Shown: piece by piece, positions 22,772 through 32,600 of the stretch | Layout of the letters: each line of letters starts with the position of its first letter | Numbering within the stretch: position 1 is the first letter of the stretch | Assembly (NCBI GenBank): GCA_024704765.1 | Contig: JAKMXF010000210.1 | Span: 62,001-126,000, forward strand | From: Oopsacas minuta | Taxonomy: Eukaryota > Animalia > Porifera | Reading direction: 5' to 3' | DNA: 64,000 bases | Made by a program: the position numbers and the translations under genes | Notes under the pieces: generated by a model | What the model was told of the DNA's origin: nothing | What the model saw: the letters and a program-made list of their open reading frames with translations, nothing else | The model's database searches: none

Positions 22772-23653
22772 ATGCGTTTATTGAGTTTGTCCTGTGTTAT
22801 ATTATTGTCTCTATTGATCCTCTCCTTCCCACTACTACACACCCCTTCATTCCTAGTCAACGCACAAACTGATCATCATTCTGACAGTGACATCGAAACA
22901 GTTGTTGAACCAGAGGAAGATGGACATGGAGAGAGGCCTGATGATGCAGAATCCGATTACGAAGACTTTGGAGAAGATGAAGAAGATATCCTCAAAAAAG
23001 CACCTGGTATTGAAACATACATGATACTCACTAGTCACCCTGAGATGGAGATAACCGCGGGAGATAGTGCAGTTGCTCTCATCGGGTTCTATAACGGAGC
23101 CAAGGAGGATTATTTCATTCATAATATTTTCAGTTCATTGAGACATCCTCAAGATTTGAGTCATATAATAGAAAACTTCACTGTGCTCTCTGTAGACCAG
23201 CTGGTACCATCTGCAGGTCGTACTGCTTACGATTACGAGTTTACTGTAGGGGAATTATACCTACCTCGTTCTTACGGTCTTATGATTGAGATTAGATACA
23301 AATCTGCAGAAGATGAGAATGAGTTTGGACATGCTATCTATAACAACACTGTCAAATTGTTAGAGGTTGTAGAAGTATTTGATACTGAAACTTTCTTCAT
23401 GTATGTGTTTATGGTGACTGGTCTAATTATATTCGCATTCATATTACACTATGCATGGACTCTCACTGCTAGTGGTCGTAAGCATCAGGCTAGAGCTGCC
23501 AAGAAAGCGCAACAGAGTTCAGCTCAAATTGTGGGACAGGTAGAAGCTGAGAAGAGGGCTGATGTAGACTTCTCTTGGGTGTCTCCTGCGGCAGCACAGA
23601 GTATGGGTAAAAAATCTCCTCGCTCGCCCAAGAGCAAACGGAACATAAAATAA
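22772..23653 (+). CDS. SSR1: Translocon-associated protein subunit alpha
   Basis: Signal peptide, acidic N-terminus, luminal domain (ALIGFYN, SLRHPQD...IENFT), DTETFFMY plus TM helix, basic tail with DFSWV. Confidence 0.9.
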   Translation: MRLLSLSCVILLSLLILSFPLLHTPSFLVNAQTDHHSDSDIETVVEPEEDGHGERPDDAESDYEDFGEDEEDILKKAPGIETYMILTSHPEMEITAGDSAVALIGFYNGAKEDYFIHNIFSSLRHPQDLSHIIENFTVLSVDQLVPSAGRTAYDYEFTVGELYLPRSYGLMIEIRYKSAEDENEFGHAIYNNTVKLLEVVEVFDTETFFMYVFMVTGLIIFAFILHYAWTLTASGRKHQARAAKKAQQSSAQIVGQVEAEKRADVDFSWVSPAAAQSMGKKSPRSPKSKRNIK

Positions 23654-23832
23654 TTCTATAGGTTCAATAGGCTAGCTTATTTAGAATAGTTAATATGTGC
23701 AGAAGTGCTAAGGTTGTGATAATACTATATGAGAGTCTATTTGAATTTATTTTTGAGAATATTTCGAAATATTCAAGTATATTTCAGTACCAAATAACCA
23801 CGTATTATATTTGTATGATAGATTTATAACTG

Positions 23833-24483
23833 ATGCAGTTTGAGAGTAAAGGGAAAGAAGAGTTCGTTGACTTGAAGGCAGAGCTACTTGTTGAAGGGTC
23901 TCTTGAGAGATGGAAATACGAGAGAGAAATGGAATGGCAGGAAGTTAGGAAGAAGGAGGAACAGAGTAGATTAAATGACGGACCTGCCCCTCCTTCTAAA
24001 TGTCTCTACGAACAGCTGAAAGAGAGACAAGAGCAGAGGGAAGCAGAGAGAGAACAGAAGAGGAGTCTGAAGAATTACCTATATACAGGTCCTAACGATG
24101 AAGAAATTGAATTAATTCAATGTATAAGTTCTAATGAAGCTGAACAGAGAATGCTTATTGAGAGAGAGGAGAGATTGAAATTAGAAGAGTTTAGGAAAAA
24201 TATGGAAATAATGAGGAGAGAGGAAAATGAGAGGATTGAACATGAAGATAGCTTTACAGCTGAATCAAATGTTAGCTCTACTAGCTCACAAAAGAAATCT
24301 CTAATGAGTAGTGTAGTTGTTAGACCGAAACGTAAGACTAAGAAGAAAATTGTAGAAGAAAAGAAGACTAGAAAACATCAGAAACAACCCGATCCACATG
24401 TAACACCACCTGCAAAAAGACCAGCTCTCGTTAGTTACTCGTCAGATTCAGAAACTGAGAGGGATAGAATGAAACAGAAATAG
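23833..24483 (+). CDS. PSME3IP1: PSME3-interacting protein (FAM192A/NIP30)
   Basis: EWQEVRK, LYEQLKE, LKNYLYTGPNDEEIEL match the NIP30 N-terminal domain; C-terminal LVSYSSDSE motif. Confidence 0.75.
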   Translation: MQFESKGKEEFVDLKAELLVEGSLERWKYEREMEWQEVRKKEEQSRLNDGPAPPSKCLYEQLKERQEQREAEREQKRSLKNYLYTGPNDEEIELIQCISSNEAEQRMLIEREERLKLEEFRKNMEIMRREENERIEHEDSFTAESNVSSTSSQKKSLMSSVVVRPKRKTKKKIVEEKKTRKHQKQPDPHVTPPAKRPALVSYSSDSETERDRMKQK

Positions 24484-24679
24484 TTTCTTGGTCCAGTGAC
24501 GTCATGTCTGCCTGGTTGCTATATGAGATAATTATTATCTGATGTGTTATTCGAATCTTGACTATTATGCCAATTCTTGATCTACAAACCTTTATATATT
24601 TTATAAGATAAAATGAGTGTTTTTTCTTATTTTCTCGTTAATGATATTAACAAAGCAAGTTGATTAGGATTAGTTTTTC

Positions 24680-25849
24680 ATGGCTGAAGATGAATCATTC
24701 TCTCCCGCTATCCATGGTCTGGAGTTTCCATCTCGTGCTTTATGTGCTCGTTTAGCAGAGACAGATGAAATTCATTTCCTAGCGGCTACTCAAAGTGTTA
24801 CTAGTGAGAATCAGATTCACTTGTTAACTTATAACGATGAGAATTCTGAATTGGATAAGTATATATATGCTCATCCAGCTGGTGAGGTATGGGATATAAA
24901 ATCTAGTCCCTTCAAAAAGGATATCATATCATCGGTTTATTCTCGTATTGAAGGGGGAAAACAGAGATTTTTTGCTTCACTCTGGACTCTACCAGATGAA
25001 CAAGCTACCTTGACAGAGGGACTATCTGATGCAGATGATTCACGAGGTGTTTCACCTAGAAATAGGAAGTCATCTGTCAACACGGCTGTCACAAAGTTAT
25101 GCAATATTGAGGGGCTTGAAGGGAGAGTATCTGTTGTGTGTTGGGATCCAAAGGAAGGATCTAATGCAATTATCTGTATCGATGAATCAACAGTTAAACT
25201 CTACAAACTAGACAATGATATAAGCCAATTAATATCATGTAATACAATTCCTACTGAAGAGAAGAAACATATAAATGTGAATGCAGTATTTAATCCACAT
25301 CTAGGACTAATCGACTGTATTACGTCAGGTGAAGCAGTCACTGGATTAGATTTCCGTGTTTCAAAGCCAGTATTCTCAATTTCTCGTCCTCACTCTCTCA
25401 CAACTAGAGATGTAGATTTCAATCCAAATAAACCATACCATATAGCTACAGGTGGTGATGACTGTCAGGTAAAATTCTGGGATATTCGTCAGCTGACTAA
25501 CCCTCTAATCACGCGTAAAGACCATACACATTGGGTATGGGGAGTACAGTATAATCCTAATCATGACCAATTAGTCATATCCTGCAGTAGTGATTCTAAT
25601 GTAGCTCTATCACGCTTGACCAGCATTGCTTCTGACCCTATTCCAATCCTAGATGAAGATTTCCAGGATACACCAGCCAAGCCTCCTCAACCAGATGAAC
25701 TGATAATGACTTATGACGTGCATGAAGACAGTGTTTATAAGATACAATGGTCTTCTGCTAATTCTTGGGTGTTTGCTAGTTTATCTTATGATGGAAGATT
25801 AGCTATAAATCATGTACCACACTCAGAAACTCTAAAAATACTGTTGTAA
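24680..25849 (+). CDS. EIPR1: EARP/GARP-interacting protein 1 (TSSC1), WD40
   Basis: IHGLEFPSRAL...AETDEIHFL; RDVDFNPNKPYHIATGGDD; HTHWVWGVQYNP; HEDSVY...FASLSYDGR. Confidence 0.92.
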   Translation: MAEDESFSPAIHGLEFPSRALCARLAETDEIHFLAATQSVTSENQIHLLTYNDENSELDKYIYAHPAGEVWDIKSSPFKKDIISSVYSRIEGGKQRFFASLWTLPDEQATLTEGLSDADDSRGVSPRNRKSSVNTAVTKLCNIEGLEGRVSVVCWDPKEGSNAIICIDESTVKLYKLDNDISQLISCNTIPTEEKKHINVNAVFNPHLGLIDCITSGEAVTGLDFRVSKPVFSISRPHSLTTRDVDFNPNKPYHIATGGDDCQVKFWDIRQLTNPLITRKDHTHWVWGVQYNPNHDQLVISCSSDSNVALSRLTSIASDPIPILDEDFQDTPAKPPQPDELIMTYDVHEDSVYKIQWSSANSWVFASLSYDGRLAINHVPHSETLKILL

Positions 25850-26335
25850 GTAACACAATGTATTTCTGTATTATATTCTTAAGATGATTCAGCAATGGTG
25901 TACAGTGAATCGAAAATTAATGAATTGCCTCTGTTTACAAATTTTTAGTGACGCGCGGCCGTGCGAAATCTATCAGTTCGATTGATGAAAATTGGTATAC
26001 ATATTATTACACATAGTACATTTGGGTTCTGAGATTTGCACTTCTGGTATGAATTTTCACACCTTTTTGATGATAAATCATATTTGACACCTTCCTATGT
26101 AAAATTCAAAAGCGCTAGAAATTATGTTTCAACGTGCATAGACTCCTATTTGTGATTTTCAAATTCTAAAAATATGAACTCATTTATCATATGAATGATA
26201 CAATTAATAATATTTTATATATACCATAAAATCGCGTATATCTAGAATTTCTTCATTGTAATTTTTTCATAATCTACGAAATAGCATATTAATAATATTC
26301 AGTTTTACTCCTGTTATAACTTAGCTATATACAGT

Positions 26336-27568
26336 ATGGATCTGGAGAGTATTAAATGCCTCGAGTATTCTACAATAAAAGTACCATATGAAATCCTGAA
26401 TAAGACCTATAGAAACTCTCAGAAGGACATAGATCGTGAGATATCTCATCTGAATAATATCTTTACAAAATATCAAAATATGAACCTATCTGAACTATCT
26501 GATCCTGAAGAACAAAGAGCAAAACTTATCCAAGCAGTTGGTGAGGTAGAAGCTCGATTAGAACAATTCCAAGCAACTGTAACTAACTCTATACAAGCCC
26601 AACAAGATAATCTACAACATTGTCGTGAGAGAGCAGAGCATTTGAAGGAATTTGCAGGTTTATATGAAGCACATGCTAAAGCTTCTTCAAGGAAGTCTCG
26701 TAGAGAACCGACAGAGAAAAGTGAGGAATTGAAACAGTTTGAAAAGTCTCGTGTTAACCGTATAGTAGTAGACCATTTATTGAGAACAGGTCATTTTGAT
26801 ACAGCAGTTAGTCTCAGCAAGGAGACTGGTATCTCCCATCTTGTAGATATAGATCTATTCCAAGAGACTAGAGAGATAGAACGTGAGCTTAGAATACATA
26901 ATCCAGACCCTTGTCTTGCTTGGTGTCTGAGTAATAAGAGCAAGCTTAGAAAGTTAAACAGCAATTTAGAATGTAACATACGTTTGCAACAGTTCATTGA
27001 ACTAGTTAGAGTTGGTATGCATTCTGAGGCTATACTTCATGCTAGGAAATATCTTACACAAGTTGATGACTCGTTCTTGGGTGAAGTTCAAAGCGCCATG
27101 GGGTTGCTGGCTTTCCCAACAGATACGAGATTTTCTCATTACCAAGAACTCCTCTCAGAAACTCGTTGGGAAGATTTGATTACTAAATTTCGAACAGACA
27201 ACTATTCCATTCTCCAAATGAGTTCTCAATCTCTTCTCGTTACAACTCTGCAGGCTGGATTATCTGCACTCAAAACACATCAGTGCTATAACCCAGACAA
27301 AAAGAATAACAATTGTCCAGTATGTATTCCACCTTTTAACGAATTAGCTGAATCATTACCTTTCGCGAAATATACTCGTTCTCGACTTCTCTGTTCACTG
27401 ACGAATACTCCAATGGATGAGGATAATCCTCCGATGGCCCTACATAATGGAAGGATGTATGGAGAGAAGGGAATACTCCAACGTATTGATGATAGTGGTA
27501 AATTTACTTGTCCTGTTACTAAAGAGAGTTTTCTTCTCAGTGAATGTAAGAAAGTATACATTATGTGA
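26336..27568 (+). CDS. MAEA: CTLH/GID E3 ligase subunit MAEA
   Basis: EYSTIKVPYEILNK..R..QKDIDRE, LisH/CTLH region, degenerate RING (CPVC...LPFA...SRLLC...MDEDNPPM...CPVT). Confidence 0.92.
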   Translation: MDLESIKCLEYSTIKVPYEILNKTYRNSQKDIDREISHLNNIFTKYQNMNLSELSDPEEQRAKLIQAVGEVEARLEQFQATVTNSIQAQQDNLQHCRERAEHLKEFAGLYEAHAKASSRKSRREPTEKSEELKQFEKSRVNRIVVDHLLRTGHFDTAVSLSKETGISHLVDIDLFQETREIERELRIHNPDPCLAWCLSNKSKLRKLNSNLECNIRLQQFIELVRVGMHSEAILHARKYLTQVDDSFLGEVQSAMGLLAFPTDTRFSHYQELLSETRWEDLITKFRTDNYSILQMSSQSLLVTTLQAGLSALKTHQCYNPDKKNNNCPVCIPPFNELAESLPFAKYTRSRLLCSLTNTPMDEDNPPMALHNGRMYGEKGILQRIDDSGKFTCPVTKESFLLSECKKVYIM

Positions 27569-27748
27569 TTTGTTAACTGAATTTTATTCAGTTAAGATTG
27601 CATGTTGAATTAATCCCCAATAATTTGCATTAGTTTATATAATTATGAATAACATACTTTTAAAATATTTTACCGAAAAAATTGAGATCTCACAAAATCT
27701 CGATTTTGTCAGTAACATATACATTTATTGACTGATTCAGGTCTTCTA

Positions 27749-30133
27749 ATGCGAAGAAGTTTCGATAAGAAACGAGTTCCCAAACGAAAAGCGCCTCAAA
27801 CCACCAACCTACTTAATTCTGAGAAAAAGTCTAGGAGTTATTCTCCGGATAATTCGAGTAGAAATAGTATAAATTCAAACTTTCGATTTCTTCTACCAAC
27901 AAAAGAGAAGAATACTCTAACTTACAGAGCTGTTGAAGAGAAGAAAAATATAAAAATTACAAATTTACAAACAAATCCTGTTTTACAAAATGAAGAAAGT
28001 TGTGACAAGTTTGACAGACAAATGACAACAACAGAGTTAATTTGTAGAAGAGATGAACTTCTAAAATTAAGAAAGGAGAAAATAGCTATCATTTGTAACA
28101 AATTAATCGAGGAACCATATTTTCAGTGTAAACTCTTGCCAAGTTTAATTCCATTCTGTACAGAGCAGGAATCTGTTATAGCTATTACAGTACGGAAACT
28201 GGGAATACTATCTACACTTGCTGTTATTAAAGATATCATGCCAGGATATAAGGTTTATATAATTAAACATATTTAAAATTCAATTTTATTGCATACGATT
28301 TATTACAGGTGAGAGAGGATTATGGAGAAGAAGGTCATGGCAAGATGGTTTCTAAACAAGTTAAACAAGCTAGAACATTTGAAACTACCTTTCTATCTTT
28401 CTACCAACTCTACTTGAATATATTACAGCTATACATTACTCACAAAATATCAAGTAAATTATAAGCTCATAGTTTGTTCTATGTGACTTGATTAATTGTA
28501 TTTGTGTATATTTCATAGAAACTGCTTCTTTAAAGACAAAATCAATTTTATCTGATATCTCAAATGGCATGAGCACCAGTTCTGAGGGAAGAAAAGAGCT
28601 TAGTATAGTAGCTATGCAGTGTGTATGTGAGCTGTTGATAGATAAGCCTCACTTTAACTTCACAAGCAATCTAGTTAATCTTGTTGTAGGACAGCTAGCT
28701 AACGAAGCACCGAATAGACGGACAGCTAGAGATTGTCTTATAAAAGTTTTTCAAATAGATTTAGTAGGAGAAATTTCTCTAGAAATTATGAAGGGATTAG
28801 CTGACGTCATGAAGAAGAAAAGCTACAAGTTATCTCCAATCGTATTACAACCTATTCTTCACTTGCCTTTAGGACAAGATGCTACTGGTGCTCTTACGTC
28901 ATCAGATAGTACAGCTGATGATTATCACAAGTAAGTTAATTGATAAAATAACATCCGCCATACTTCAGTCAGTTGGCCAAAATGAAAATGAGATTGTGTT
29001 CGAATATGTCAATTTCATTTGATCCTTGAGACATGACAACTATCTAAGTCGTACATGTTTCAATTTATTATTTGTATTTCAGGAAAAAGTTTGGGATGTC
29101 ACGTAAAGAGAAGAAAATTACTAAACTTAAGAGAAAAGTAGAGAGAGACACACGTGAAACACGAGCTGGAGAGAGTCGTTCTTATGTCTCACAAGTTCGT
29201 AGCAGAATAGCTAACATTGTATTTTCAATCTATATCCATATCTTAAAGTTAGAGAGATCGGGTCCTCTGTTATCACCTGCTCTCGAGGGTGTATCTCATT
29301 TCTCGCATATTATCAGTGTAGAATATTTCCTGGATTTATTGCGTTATCTCTCTGAGCTGTTATCTGCATCTTCTAAACTCTCTTTTAAACAGAAATTATT
29401 CTGTTTACACACGAGTTGTACTGTGTTATTCTCTCAGAAAACACAAGATATCAATATAGATCCTAAGGCCATTTGTCGACAGATGTATTGTATGTTGTTA
29501 GACTTACCTTATGAGCTAGCATGGGAATTAGCTAACCTATTGGTTAGTACATTACACCTTATGTTGAATAATTCTCAGTGTATGCATCAGGAGAGATCTC
29601 TAGGATTTGCTAAGAGGATTTGTACCAGTTCACTTGTCAAGACCCCATCTATGACTTCTGGGCTACTATTCTCACTCCGCTCTCTCCTTCTGAGAGATTA
29701 TATTTCTGACAACTTGTTGTCTAATGAGAGTTTAGCTGGAGCGCGTTACAAACCTGAAATACAAGATCCTGATATTTGTGATGCTAAATCCAGTTGTTTA
29801 TGGGAATTGTGTCTATTCAGGTCTCATTTCCATCCGGTTATTAGTAAACTGGGGGAGTGTCTCTCTGAAGGTAGTGCACTTGTTGGGAAGAGAAATAATC
29901 TAAAAATAGCTTCAGATAAGTATAGAACATCACGTGAGATTATGGAAGCTGTATCACATATACATACAGATCCATTTGATGGACTAATAATGTATGAACA
30001 GGTTGATAGTAAGAAGCGGAAGGAGAAGATAGTGAAAAAGTATCACACAAATGTATCCAATGAGTTGAATGGTAGAGCAGTTATCAGAAAGAGAAAGGGA
30101 AGTCTAGATTTCCATTTTGCATTATCCAGTTAG
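27749..30133 (+). CDS. NOC3L: Nucleolar complex protein 3 homolog; exons 27749-28252, 28309-28453, 28519-28930, 29083-30133
   Basis: KDIMPGYKVR, MQCVCELLIDKPHFNF, ALEGVSHFSHIISVEYF, LWELCLFRSHFHP; GT-AG introns with consistent phases (0, 1, 2); exact start uncertain. Confidence 0.88.
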
Positions 30134-30472
30134 CTATTTATATTACCATTTAATTTATATTCTTAGTTCTTGCTTTATATTTTTGGGCATCTCTTCTATT
30201 GGAATCTTGATTTTTAGTATTATGTTAATATGTCGCTAGTTTGTCTAATATTTCTACTTACAACAGCTGGAATATTACTCGTATACTTTGACCCGATGAG
30301 CTGAATTAAATCATCCAACCTTGTAAATCTTCACCACCAGTCTCAAATTGTCACTTAAAAATCATATAGAAAAAGATTTTCATTATATTCTGCAATATGT
30401 AGGATCATTTGTCTATAGGTATGTTCTGATAAGCATAAATAGATGAATTATTTTATATAATTATATTCATGT

Positions 30473-31417
30473 ATGGAAAGTCGCAGAACAAGATTGATAA
30501 AGTTTTTTTCGCGTTCAATACAACTCTCTTTTTGTACTTTGCTGGAATTAGATCAGATTTGTACAGAAATCAATTATTCACTGTTTAGAGTGGATAATTT
30601 CGATGATGAATGGTTCTCTGAATGGAAAAAATACATTTTCAATATCGCGGATGATCAACTTATTTTGAGACCGTTTGATGGAAGTTATGATCACAAACTT
30701 CTTAACGTTTCCATGCTGCGTATTCTGGAAGTATTGAATGCATGTTCTAGACTACCACCTGTCAAAGAAGTTTATGAACAAGCTCTCCAAGAACATGTTG
30801 AAAACATGGCCAGGGCGTGTAATATTGGGATAGAAAATTTCGAAAAATTCAAAACAAATTTTGACAAATTTATTGAACTCGTTGCTATAAGGAGAGAATA
30901 CATCCGAAACAATGGTGCAGATGAGATTGAACTTAACGACGAAATCACTGCTAATTTCCGTGGTTCTATCCCCAATCTCGTTTTCGGGAAAATAGTAGGA
31001 GATGCCTTAGGACTCCATCCGGTGTTTGGAGCATTACTCAATCCTACTGGAGGAATTGTAGGGAAAAACAATAGTAATGCACTATTAAGATCATTAGTCA
31101 TATTTCCTAGCATTAAGAAGAATGCTATTATTCATGATGCGACAGGATATTTAAGATATTACCATGGGATTGGGCCAGGATACAAATACTTAGATGTTGG
31201 AGATATCAGGGGTAGATTGACTGCATTCAATGGCGTACTGTATGGGTATAAATTGCCTCTAGCAAATATTAGAAATTTATACACATTTGAGAAGAATTTA
31301 GCTAAGGAAGTAGTTAACTATGTAAAAGACAGGTGTGTAATGATTGAATTACGCGATTCTATTTGTTTGTGCATTGTATTTGTATGTTGCTTTGCGTTGC
31401 TCCATTTTTTGATATGA
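30473..31417 (+). CDS. Uncharacterised 314-aa protein with NPTGGIVG...HDATGY...GPGY motif and hydrophobic C-terminus
   Basis: Long intronless ORF with plausible amino-acid composition; family not recognised. Confidence 0.7.
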   Translation: MESRRTRLIKFFSRSIQLSFCTLLELDQICTEINYSLFRVDNFDDEWFSEWKKYIFNIADDQLILRPFDGSYDHKLLNVSMLRILEVLNACSRLPPVKEVYEQALQEHVENMARACNIGIENFEKFKTNFDKFIELVAIRREYIRNNGADEIELNDEITANFRGSIPNLVFGKIVGDALGLHPVFGALLNPTGGIVGKNNSNALLRSLVIFPSIKKNAIIHDATGYLRYYHGIGPGYKYLDVGDIRGRLTAFNGVLYGYKLPLANIRNLYTFEKNLAKEVVNYVKDRCVMIELRDSICLCIVFVCCFALLHFLI

Positions 31418-31451
31418 GATCAAAACCTATAGCTAACTAAGCCATAGCTCA

Positions 31452-31482
31452 GGGTCCCCATTTCCCTTAATCCAGCCCTGAA
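31452..31482 (-). mobile_element. Solo hAT-type MITE terminus
   Basis: Minus strand reads CAGGGCTGGATTAAGGG...GGGGACCCTGAG, a common hAT-MITE end pattern; partner end not found. Confidence 0.35.
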
Positions 31483-32600
31483 TTGAGATCTAATATTGTT
31501 CTTGCTTTACATTCACCAATAATAAATATCGAAGGTTGCCAAATCACAAAAATCAGTTTAGTTTGTATTGAAGTAAGATCTAAGTTTGAAAATGCTACCT
31601 GATTGAGAACACAATCCAACCATAAGTGTTTGCTTCCCTGTGTTATACAATTGAAGTATCTTGAATTCTTCACAATATTTGTAATAGGTCATATGTCTAT
31701 CTGCCATTATTTCAATACATGTACAATTAGTTACTTCATCGAATTTTGAAAAATTCATAAATGACGCTATTCGATTTCATTCATTTAAAAAATTTCACTC
31801 AAACCAAACAAAGAGACGGACTGTTAGATAGAACAGTCACTAGCTAGCTTGCATTCAAAGTTAAATGAGCGTAAATGTGTGTAAAGATCTAATTATTAGT
31901 AACTGCTGCTGCTCTGAAATGGTGAAATAATAGAATAGATTGCTCGCAATGATATTCTGTTGATTTGAGTCTGTAAATAGTCTACATGAGATTCTATTTT
32001 AGCAAAGCGAAGTAGATTCTGTTACCCACTCACTGTATTCAAATTTATTCATGTATTGATAGGCCCATGAGATTATATTCTTCTTATTTTGCCATATGAA
32101 TTATTTCCAATTGAGATATATTGGAACATTACAAAGATCTATTTGGCACCTTATCTATTTCCCAAACCAGTTCTAATTATCTAGACATGTTAACACTTGC
32201 TCGAGGGCATATTTAGATCGTAGAATTCAAAAGTAGATTCCTGAACCTAAACCTGAACCCTCAGAATTGTGGTTACTGATTGTAGGGTTAGTCACATACA
32301 ATTCTGTCTTAATATTTGGGTAGCAATGACTTTTATAATATCTAATTGATTAGTGAATACTTATGGGGGTATAATCTGTCTGTAAAGGAACATTTAAATA
32401 TTTTCTTAAGATAATTATAAGTAATGAGTGTACAGAATTGGTGTTTTGTATAATCATTTTGTTGTGTGACAGAATCGTATGTAGTATTGTGGTCTCTCCC
32501 AAAGCGAGCACTTTTGCCGTGTCCGCGATTCGAGTGTATCTACTGTAATTGTCTCATAAGTTTTATCCCATAAGTTTACGGTTAGACTAGTTTTGTTTGA

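Noticed and set aside
28931-29082. Possible snoRNA in the 152-nt NOC3L intron 3
   Set aside because: No C (RTGATGA) or D (CTGA) boxes and no convincing two-hairpin H/ACA fold by eye; snoReport or Infernal would be needed.
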